Under the pieces are notes generated by a model. The model ran no database searches. It was not told the DNA's origin and saw only the letters and a program-made list of their open reading frames with translations. Positions 53,326 through 64,000 of a stretch of 64,000 bases of DNA are shown here, one piece after another. The position numbers were made by a program, and so were the translations under genes. Numbering within the stretch: the first letter of the stretch is position 1; every line of letters starts with the position of its first letter. This DNA is from Octopus vulgaris (lineage: Eukaryota), in assembly GCA_951406725.2 (NCBI GenBank), contig OX597820.1, forward strand, positions 78,988,001 through 79,052,000, in the 5' to 3' direction.

Positions 53326-55989
53326 ATCAAAGAGATTTCAGTTGTGATCACCTAAGGCTTTTTTGTATATTACTTGTGACATTCTTATTCCTTTTAAGAC
53401 AGCAGGACGTGAAATGAGAAAGATTCAGGTCATTCAAACAGGAAGTCAGTAAAGAGATATGCTGTCAAGACCATCATCATCATTACCATGGAGCGTAACT
53501 GACTGGGATCATATTACCTCTGAACAAGACATAGAAGGGTTATTTGTTTACAGCTGGATGGCCTGGGACAATGAGAAATTAAGTGTTTTTCCTCAAGAGG
53601 ACATTGCACCACCCAGTCCAAGAACTGAATCATGATTCACAAGATTGTGAGTGTAGCATCTGAACCACTAGGCTATGCCTCTCTCTTGTTAAGACCACTG
53701 CCTCTAAAATCCCTTTAGTAAATGGATTTTTGGCCAGGTTCAACAATATTATAGTTTTTCAATCAACCAAATAACTAGTTAGTGTAAGTGGCTGAGTATT
53801 CCTTGGGCAAAAATTCAACTTGACATGGTTAACCCCTTTCGATTACAAGCACAGTCCTCTAACAGGCTTTCACGTGATCTTCATCAACCTAATTTCAATT
53901 ATGAGCATTGGGATGAGTCAAACCTATAGTAGAAGACACCTGCCCAAGACAAACACAAATTATAGTCATTCCAAAACAATTTATAAAATACAATCTCTTT
54001 ATTTATGTCCATGTAGTCTAAAGGTGAGGCCTGTTCAAATGTACAAAGACAGGTTATTATCAGTGATAAAAATACTAAGAACATAAATCATTGGAAGTTA
54101 ATTATTTTTTCCCCATAGAATACAGTGTGAACATTCAGACAGTCACTATCTTTCCAAATCCTATTGCATTCCTCAAAAGTTGTCTTGGTGGATAAGTTGA
54201 CCTACCTTTGGGGGGCTGTAAAATTAGGTCTGAAAAATTCAACTTGTATATAAAAAAATATGGTAATGTCCTCCAATAAAAGTTTAATTTTGACTATTAA
54301 AAATTGTATTTGCCTTATTCATCAGGTATTTTAGCAAATTCCAATAGAAAAATGTAAGATATATTTCCTATACTTTAAGAAAATATGAATCTTTGCACAA
54401 GTGTTTTATAAATAGTATGAGAAGTCTTGTTTGTAAGCAGCTGACTCACTGAGTAAATACTACTCCAGGAGAGGGAAACCACCCACATGTGACAAACTAT
54501 TGACAAAATGAAAATGTTTACAATAGCAGAAGAATGTGTCTGAGTAACAAAACTATTCAACCATTCGTTACTCAAACAAACATGAATCTGAAGATATGTT
54601 TCAACTGAATTCACTAAGAAAATATATTTCAATAAAATATAGTGTCAGAATACTTTTTGTAACCATAAATATATGAGGAAAGCAACTACATCATTGAAAA
54701 ATTATGTTATCAAAGTGATAGATTATACCAGAAAGCAAGCCTTTTTTTTTTCCCCCTTTTTCTTTTCTTTGTTTTGCTGCTACCTTCATCATGCATCAAG
54801 TTTACCTAGATCATTATTGATTTCTAATTGAGTGTATATAGGACCCAATATCTCTATGGAACTACAACCAATAAGAACCGATATATCTCAGTACTGTAAG
54901 CACATGAGGCATTCATCTATTTCCCAGTGCTATTGCTGCTTACAACAGCAAATTGTTCTTTTACTGCAAAGCATTTAATATGAATGCTTCCTTATTTCCA
55001 AAGAGGCTGGTGTTTATTTGCCTCGAGTTTCAAGTATGAAATAAATGAGTCATTAAGCTCTCCATGAATTCAACACAAACTTCAGTCTATTCAAGCAACA
55101 TTCCTAAAGGATCTGTAACATATTCTTCACAAATAAATTAACTATAGCCACAGGTATGGCTGTGTAGTACATGGTTCCAGGTTCAATCCCACTGCATGGC
55201 ATCTGGTGTGTGTGTGTGTTTGTATATTCCATACAACCAGTGTTGGTATATTTACATCCCCATAACTTAGTAGTTCGGCAAAGATGATTGATAGAATAAT
55301 TACCACACTTAAAAGGAAAAAAAGTACTGAGATCAATTCATTCAACTAAAAATTCAAGGTGGTGCCCCAGCATGGCCATAGTCTAATGACTGAAATGAGT
55401 AAAAGATAAGATGCATAATCTTTTCTCATCTAGGCACAATACCTGAAATTTCAGAGGATGGGGCCTAGTTGATTAGATCAACCCCAGTACACTACTAGTA
55501 CTTAATTTATCGACCCTGAAAGGATGACAGGCAAAGTTGACCTGTGAAATTTGAACTCAGAACATAAAGACACAAAATACTGCTAAGCATTTTGCCCAGT
55601 GTGCTAACATTTCTGCCAGCTCACGGCCTTAAGATACATAATAAAATAATGAAAGTCTCTTACAGTGGAATTCACTGTCAGCTGATCATCTAATACTATT
55701 TCAGCTTTCACTTTCATTATCTGTCTACTTATATAAGTGAAGTGAACCATGAAAACAAATAAGTGAGGACACCTAAGCGAGTGTTGACAAAATGAACTGC
55801 AAACACCTGCATTATTAACAGAAGAAAACAAAATCAACAAATAAACATTAATGAATAAACATTAAATAAATTTATAGACAAATAAACAAACAGTGGAAGA
55901 CTTCTTTTTTAAAGAAATAAGTAAACAAACTTGACAGTAATTAAGAAATTCAAAAAAGAAAAAAAAAAACACCGTAAAATAAACCATTG

Positions 55990-56500
55990 TCATTAAACAT
56001 CCACTTTTCTATGCTTGGTTGGATTGGAGAGAGTTTATTGAGGAGGATTTTGTTTTACAGCTGGATACCCTTGCTGTAATCAACCCTTGCCCATTTCGAA
56101 GCAAGGTAATATTTTGCCATGGCAAGATAGGTTCCTGCAGATTATTGCAAATGAATGTCACTCATTTCCAACAATGTTGCAATATGAAGAAAAGGAGACA
56201 CACAAACACTCATCCGTTCATTCATACATACACACATTCACACCAACACATACACATCCACACCAATACATACGCACATGCATGCATACGTGCACACACA
56301 TCCACACCAATACACACACACACACACACACACACATACACAATGGGCTTTTTTCAATTTCTGTCTACCAAATCCACTTACAAGGGTTACATTTGACTTG
56401 GGGTTATAGTAAAAGACACTTGCTCAAGGTGCTACAAAGCAGGATTGAACCTGAAACAATGTTGTTGACTAGCAAACTTCTCAACCACACAGCCATGCTT
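55990..56500 (-). mobile_element. SINE family A, tail 2
   Basis: Reverse-complement head at ~56500, (CA)n, tail 2 toward 55990. Confidence 0.7.
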
Positions 56501-57267
56501 GAACCTTATGGAGACAATTTCGTCTTCACAAAGTGAATGAAAATAATTCACTTTCCTTTGATAAACATCACAGGAAAATCTCATTTGTTACAGGTCTCCT
56601 TAAAGACAGGTAATTTTGTTGGAAACAGAGGACATATAGCATTTCTACTGAAAAGCTTAACACCAACCATGTCTTATATTTTTATATCTTCTATATTTAA
56701 AGAGAATGACAAAACCAATTATAAAAACACAATTTTGTTGAAACAAATAAATAGGTTATAAAATAACAAATATGAAGATAAATAACTTCATCAAAGCAGA
56801 TTGTATTTTAGACAATAAATGAATAAATTATGCTCTGTTGTAGCTACAGAGTTTATACTCTTAAAGGTATTCCATAATGCAATTACAGAACTCCACTGAA
56901 GCCCAGCAGATTTCTTATCTAAGCCATTCCACTGTTATCTCCAACTGCACTCCAAGTGGTTGCTTCACAGTATATTTTTAGATATTGTGCAGGTCTTTAA
57001 AGACCTAGGGTTAAGTTTATCGTTGAAGGTGGTGAGCTGACAGAGTTGTCAGATTATTGGATCAAACGTCTTGTAAGTATTTGATCTGGGTCTTTACATT
57101 CTGAGTTCAAATCCAGCTGAGGCTCAACTTCACTTTTCGTCATTTCAGAGTCAATAGTCAAGGCAGAATTCTTGGAGTATTGGATGGGATAGTTTTCAGT
57201 ATTTATTCTGGCTGTGTCTGTGTTTTGAACCCAAAATCCTATCCTCTTTTGGTATTTTTGTTTTCCT

Positions 57268-57305
<38 letters not shown>

Positions 57306-57694
57306 TATATATATTATTTTTCCTTTCACTGATTAAAATATGTGTTCATCCATGTATCAAAAATGTTGCTGTGGATACCATTTATTTCCTGTTTATGCTA
57401 TTTAGAAATTGCTATGCAAGAAGAACGATGATAATTTTATATCAAGCAATTATATGCTAAAAAAAAAAATTTATAAAAAAACATTTGAATTTTACACTAA
57501 CAAAAAAAATGTACAATTTAAATTTTCAGCACCACTCACTATATACAAGCAGATTCTCTATTCCAAGAATGTTGCTCCAATTCTAAATGCAAATATTTCT
57601 TAGTTATTGTGAGAATCTTGGAAATATTAATTTTTTGATGCATTGCAATGTATAAATCTTATTTGGAAACCAGATGAAGTCTAACCAAGAATCA

Positions 57695-57832
57695 GTAGTG
57701 GTAGTAGTAGCAGCAGCAGTAATGATAGTAGCAATAGTAGTAACAGTAGTAATAGTTGTATTGGTATTGGTGGTAGTGATAGTGGTGGTGGTGGCGGTGG
57801 TAGCAGTGGTAGTAGTAGTGCAGTGGTAGTAA
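57695..57832. repeat. Imperfect (TAG/TGG/CAG)n trinucleotide tract
   Basis: Directly visible. Confidence 0.9.
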
Positions 57833-59691
57833 CAACAACTCATGAGATTATTTTGCAAGGATAACAGAACCAGCTCTGATCTCTTACTGGGCCACTGACC
57901 AGGGTTAAGTTTTTTGAAAAGAAACTAGGATTTTACAAGTAATATGTGACATTCAGGCATGGCTGTGTGACCGAGAAGCTTGCTTCCCAATCATGTGGTC
58001 TTAGGCTCAGTCCCACTATGTGGCACTGTGGACAAGTGTCATCTAGCGTAGCCCCGGCTGACAAATACATTTGAGTGAATTTGGTAGACAGAAACAGAAA
58101 GAAGCCCATCGTGTGTGTGTGTATCTTGTCTGGAGATCATGTGATAGTTGTAAATGTCACTGTCATACAAGCAGTGTCATTTGTTTCCTTATTCTGTGAA
58201 AACATGTCTGGCCATGGGGAAATACCTGGCTTGGGAACAGGTAAGGGATGGCAACAGGAAAGACATCTGCCACAAAGAAACTCCATTTGACCCATGCAAG
58301 CCTGCAAAAGTGAGTATTAGAATAAAATTAAATGAAAAGTGTGTGTGTGTGTGTGCATGTTGTGCGTATTTTAGACATCACATGATGGTTGTAAATGAGC
58401 ACCATCATCATACAAACAAGATTGTTAATCTCCAGTCTTTTGTGAAATGCATGACTGGCCATGGGGAACTATTACCTTGCTTGGAAACCGGTGAGTGTTT
58501 GTGACAGGTAGGGCATCCAGCTGTAGAAATTCTGTCTCGACAAATTCCATCCAACCAATGCAAGCACAGAAAAGTGGACATTGATGACGATACCTTTCTC
58601 AAGGTTCTTAATAATGCATTTGAAACAAAATATTTCCAACAAATCGTTTAATAAACTTTTGAGTTCTACACTTGCTTTGCCTGAAAAATATCCCACCGAC
58701 TTGTTTACTTTCAGAGTGAACACAACGTAAGGTTAATTCTTCAGTTATGTAAACTTTATTATTTGACAGACAGTAAGAAGAGAATAGCAATCTTTAAAAA
58801 CAAGAGGATTAATGCTGTTCTAGCAAGCAGATATTAAGTAAATAAATAAAAGCTGTAATTGCATATCTGTCAGACTAATAGCATTCACACCAACAATAAT
58901 GGATTATCAAAGAGAATAATTTGACTTGTAAGATTTAAGAGTTTCAACAAAGGAAACGGTGACAATCACTAAATTTGATAAGAGATTTTAAAGAAACCTG
59001 CTTATATTAACAGCTACAGGAATATATCTTAACAAGCAAACAGAGCAGATTTTTAGAGCAAGAAAAAAAAATCAATGAATGAGTGAACAGAACGTGAAAA
59101 TTTCAGGAAGATTGATCAGCATTATTAATAGTTATTGGCAGTTCACCTTAACATGTATAAACATATGAGAAAATATATAAATGCATGTATAAGTAGAAGC
59201 ATTCCAGATTGCATTTGATCAATACTATGCAAGAATTGGTCACCTCTAAAGTATAGTGATAGTGACTGCGCAGGACTGATTAACAGTATTGAGATTGATA
59301 ATGTATAAGGATGATTCACTGAAGGTTAGTTTAATGTTGTGGATTAATGTTTTAATGGGACTGATGATGGTATAGAAGGAAACTGAAACGAAGCTACAGT
59401 GCGCAGCGTAAAGCCACTTGGCAAAGATTGACCTTGAACTCTGCTGTGCATGCGCACTAAGTTTTAATGTTCTAGTTTACTTCTGTTGTTTACAGCAATG
59501 CTTGGTAGGAAGGTGTGTAGGCGTGTGATTGTCGCATTCATCCGTGAGTTATCAGATTATTACAGTTCAGTCTATTTTCACTGAAGATTTGGGTGAGACA
59601 CATGTCTGCCAAGTTTGTGCCAAAACTGCTTTCAGCTGACCAAAAAGGAACTCAGGTTTCACTTGAATAAGATCTCCTTGTGTCAAGAACA

Positions 59692-59781
59692 CTATGAAAA
59701 CTTTGCATAGGCCTCTGAGCAGGTATCGCCAAGCTTTTGGCAAAATTTGATGCAGATTCTCTGCTCAGCTTTCTCTGTCAT
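59692..59781 (-). pseudogene. Mariner transposase N-terminal remnant in a non-autonomous element (possible extent ~59304-59933)
   Basis: MTEKAEQRICIKFCQKLGDTCSEAYAKFS* matches the mariner-type EQRxxIKFCxKLG N-terminus. Confidence 0.75.
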
Positions 59782-62700
59782 GGTCAATGTGACGATTACA
59801 TGCTACACACCTTCCTTCCTTGGATATAAGTGTGATGTTTGATGGAGTTATAAGAAATGTAAACAGTGAATATGAAACACCTGCCATAATTTTAGAAATG
59901 TCTGGCAGATGATCAGCTGGATCATTCTCTTATTTTTTATTTGTTTTAGTCACTGGACTGTGGCCATGCTGGGGCACCGCCTTTAGGGGTTTGGTTAAAC
60001 AAATCAACAGCAGTACTGACTTTTTAAAATTTGGCACTTATTCTATCAATCTCTTTTGCCAAACTGTTAAGTTATGGAAATGTAGGCAAACCAACACTTG
60101 ATGTCAAGTGGCATAAGAGACATAAACACAAAGACACACACAGTGTGTGTGTGTGAGAGAGAGAGAGAGACTCGCAACTCTGCAGGAACACATACATACA
60201 AAGCACTGTTCAACCAGGGGGCCACAGTAGGAATTACATGCCCAAGGTACCATGCTATGTGAGTAAACCTGAAATCACATGGTTGCAAAGCAAGCTTCTT
60301 ATACACACAGCACTACTGCCAGCACCGTTAAGATTAAAACCAAATATTGATACCAGCTGAAAACCTATTGCAGAATCTATTGTTCCCCATCTTCCAAAGA
60401 GAAAAAGGAATTGATTAAATATTTTAATGAAACATCTCACGCAAATTTTAGATAATATTTTTAAGATGCTTAGCAACTTGATACAAATGGAGCCTAAAAG
60501 TAATTTAGATCTGGCATTCATCAATATGTAATTAATCTGCTTCCAATATTTTCAAAATTGTATCTTAAATTTGTTTATTCAATATTTACCGAATCTATTC
60601 TCAAGTTCGTTAACTGTCCTTGATTTGATGACCTCGTTCCAGTCACCTTGAGATTTCTTTATAATTTGTTATATCTCTTCAAAAATAATTTATACAACTG
60701 ACCTTGTTGACAAAGTGTTTTGTGTTTGCTCAGGTGAAGTGAGTGAGTGTATATCAATCTTATGCGCACACATACACACAAACAATATCACGTGATTATT
60801 TATGGAATTTTTGGTGGTTTTATTGCTGGTCTATTTTTTCTTTTATCATTTACAATATACTTATATGATTTTTAGCAGATTAGGAAGCTTGAAAAGGCTA
60901 TGAAATACACCAATTCAAGTAGAAGATATTAAAAAGATCTAAATCAAATTTTGAATGCACTGCTAAAGAGTTTACACTTAAAGTGATTACAAAAACAATA
61001 CAGAATAATGATTAAAGAAACTAAATATTTAGACACAACCCACCTCATGAATATGTACTTTTAAGTTCCTCAAGGCAAAAATGTATTTTAAGTATCTGAA
61101 TTTGGGTGAATTTCTTTTCTTTTTTCATGAAGGGTTCAGTCAAGTGGATTACCCACCAGTGTTTATTTTATCAGTCGCTTTTGCTGAACTACAAAGTCAT
61201 GAGAAAATGGGGACATAAACAAATCAACACTGATCAAGTAGTGGGAGGGAGGACACAAATGGACACAAAAACACACACAATGGGTTTCCACACAGTTTCC
61301 ATCTACCGAATCTACTTACAAAGTATTAGTTGGCATAGAACTATAGTAGAAGGCACTCACACAAGGTGCTGTGCAGTGGGACTGAACCTAAAACCATGTG
61401 GTTTGCAAAGCAAGCTCTTTAACTACATAGTCAAGCCTGCAACTTTATGCTTGCACACTAATGTAATACCAGTTTCCAATTTTGGTACAAGGCCAGGAAT
61501 TTCAAGTGAGTCAGATAAGTCAACTGCATCAATCCCAGCGCTCAAATGATTCCTATTTTACCGATCCTAAAAAGAGGAAAGTTAATCTCAGTGGAATTTG
61601 AACTCGGAACATAAAGACAACCAAAATGCTGATAAGCATTTTTTCCAGTATGCTAACGATTCTGCCAGCTTGATGAGTGTAATATAAGTGTTTATAAATA
61701 TGAGTGCACGTGTCCATAAGTATGGTAGAAAAAAAATTTTAAAAAGATATTATATGAGAACACAAAATATCATGGTGCCATTCCCAAAAGTTGATATAAA
61801 TAACTTCTGCAAAAATTAGAACATAAGAGTCACTGCAAACAAGAAAGGAAACGGAATTTTCTGAGAAATGTATGACTAAATTATATGTTAGAAATACATG
61901 TTACATGGGTTGGCTAAGAGCTACAAGTCAATACAATGAAAAAGTAAAAAAACAATTATATATTTTCATAGATTCAAATCCATCTCTTAAGTAGTTTACG
62001 AATAAAAGCATACAATTTTCAAACATTGCTGCTGCTAAAAAAATTAAGATAAAAACTTATCTTATATATTTGCTATTACCAATGTAGAAAATGTAACTGT
62101 TCTCACTATTACAATCTATTTTAACATTTTCTTCCACTTTGGAATATGTTAAGTGAATCGTCAGAATTTCTTAACAAATACCAGTTAGTTTAGATATTGG
62201 ATTTTAGTAAAATCTCTTTGAAAGTGGTAATTGCTGATTTTCATTGTCTATTCTCAATTCTTATAAATATGAAGAAAAAAAAACTACTAATAACTAAATC
62301 TCAAATTAGAAAAGAAATATAATGAAACTTTTTATTTTCACAAATAGAAAATATTATTTTCTAAACCAAAGATAAAATTCTTTTGAACACTTAATTGAAT
62401 GGCACTCCAAAGTAATCTTAGGTTTGAAAACTGAGCAAATGTTATGAACAATAATAAACTTATAGACAACAACAGCAGTAGACATTTCAACTTCAAAGCT
62501 ACCTTCAATTTTAATTTACACAATATTTTTCAACCCTCACATTATGTAAGTGAAACTTCTAACATGAAAACTAACAGGAGAATAAAGTAAACCCTTTTAA
62601 CCCTATAGAACAGTTTAAGTCATCATCATTTAACATCCCTTTTTCCATGTTGGAATAGGTTGAATGTTTCAACAAGAACCAATGAGTCAAAGGGCTGTGC

Positions 62701-63437
62701 CAGGCTCCAATATCTGCTTTGGCATGTTGTTACAGCTGGATGCCCTTCCCTAAAACAAACCACTTCACAGAGTGTACTGAGGGCAGTTTTCGTGGCACCA
62801 GCAATGGTGAGGTCACCAAATAATCACAAGACCTCTCAACTGAGTGGAGTATAGTATTGAGGGAGGTGAAAATATGACAGAGGGACAAGACTGGGTGTCA
62901 TGTTGAAGAAGCAGAAACATGGCTTCCCCATCGAGACAGAGGGAGATGTGAGATCAATCCTGAATTGAAAACAAAAAAATCTTTCTACATCAACAAAAGG
63001 AGTTAAAAACCAAAGAACCGTCTCCTAAGTCAGGGACTGGGAGCAATTTTAGTACCAGGAGTAAACTGCAAGGAGGGGAGAAGTCTGTGCTGAGAAAAAT
63101 ATGGAATCTTTGATTTACTGGCACATAAAAAGCACCATTCAAGTATGGCCAATGCCAGTGCCACCTGACTAGCATGTAAAAAGCACCCACTACACTCTTG
63201 GAGTTGTTGGCATTAGGAAAGGCATTCACCTGTAGAAACCTTGCCAAATCAGAGTGGAGTCTGGTGCAGCCTCATGGCTTGTCAGTTTACAATCAAACTG
63301 TCCAACCCATGCCAGCATGGAAAGCAGATATTAAACAACGATGATGATGATGATGAGACATGCAACTTAAATTACTGATCAGTTTTTAAGACTAAAATAT
63401 AATTTTTTTTTTTTAGGTTTTAGAGATTTTGTTAGAA

Positions 63438-63694
63438 CATTGGTTCTCAGTTGGAGTCCAAATGGTCCTTCAGGGTTCATATGAGATTTTCATGTTTAAA
63501 TTTATCTGCAATAAATTGGTTAAACTTCTGCATTACAGAAAATACTTTTAATCTTTTTATACAATTCGTAATAATATTTAATTATAAAGATATTAAAGGA
63601 TTTCTTTTTAAACATCGAATGACTATGGGGTTCCAGGAGAATAAAATAAGAATCAAAAGGGGTCCATAGCGAGAAAAAGGGTTGAGAAACACTG
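63438..63694. mobile_element. Diverged hAT MITE
   Basis: cattggttctcag...gttgagaaacactg; interior similar to 30987-31275. Confidence 0.55.
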
Positions 63695-64000
63695 TAGTGA
63701 TTAGTTGTAGGGTTAAACAATCATTGAAGCGTTCCCCATCCTTGCTCTCAGTAGTTACCTGACTTGCTGAAAATAACAGTCAATATTCCTTAAATCAGAT
63801 CCTACCATTATAAGAAAAAAATAAGGATGCTTTGACGAATACCATCTCAGATTCACTATGTCTGGAAATAAGATGGTCCTGGATGGACTGTCTGATCGTA
63901 AGCTAGAGCTATAAGGGCTGACATGGGGTTAAATACAAATAGAGTTAGAAATCCCCATAAACAGATCTATACCCTTCCCCATTTGTAATAAAAGTTCTGC

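Noticed and set aside
54205-54265. 24-nt minus-strand microexon candidate (cag|..|gtaggt)
   Set aside because: It lies in what looks like the decayed end of a pogo/Tc2-type DNA transposon (..aacttgtatataaaaaaatatggta).
57604-57858. Thr-rich mucin-like ORF
   Set aside because: Translation of a trinucleotide microsatellite without supporting splice context.
59355-59400. ctgatga...gaaac hammerhead-like motif (also ctgatga at ~18977, ~16162 and reversed at ~52455)
   Set aside because: No convincing stems I and III, or no correctly placed GAAA/NUH; consistent with chance.
60550-60660. Coding-looking minus-strand stretch (DWNEVIKSRTVNELENRFGKY); similar at ~17410-17500
   Set aside because: Resembles decayed CR1/L2-type LINE C-termini; too short to annotate confidently and not a host exon.
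247-63720. The ORFs in the supplied six-frame track
   Set aside because: All are short and mostly overlap SINEs, LINE tails or microsatellites (HTHT, CVCV, YIYI runs). Recurrent peptides such as GFFQFPSTKST are SINE translations.

Overview
AT-rich, repeat-saturated eukaryotic (metazoan) DNA. The SINE, LINE-tail and microsatellite content strongly resembles octopus (coleoid cephalopod) genomes; this is recognised from recall, not from a search. None of the supplied ORFs is a credible gene: they are repeat or microsatellite read-throughs. The window appears to be almost entirely intronic to a minus-strand gene with two small, phase-compatible exons (27554-27631 and 10864-10897). These encode HNSQRTTFIHPLTRRTAPPFNDSTQ-S-VESQRPLALKP, the C-terminal half of a WW domain most like PLEKHA5/PLEKHA7 WW2. 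The rest comprises tRNA-derived SINEs (CORE-like and Deu/Nin-like), RTE LINE fragments and 3' tails, hAT-, piggyBac- and mariner-type MITEs, tandem arrays and a 634-bp tandem duplication. The most interesting signal is a set of head-to-head palindromic elements carrying type I hammerhead ribozyme motifs of the Penelope-like kind. One (42106-42569) has a tRNA-like Pol III head at its symmetry axis and a 12-bp target-site duplication, suggesting a tRNA-headed, hammerhead-bearing non-autonomous retroelement. A second, unrelated family (24362-24595) has an intact hammerhead core on the host-gene sense strand. Boundaries of repeats are approximate (read by eye), and only representative SINE and LINE-tail copies are listed.
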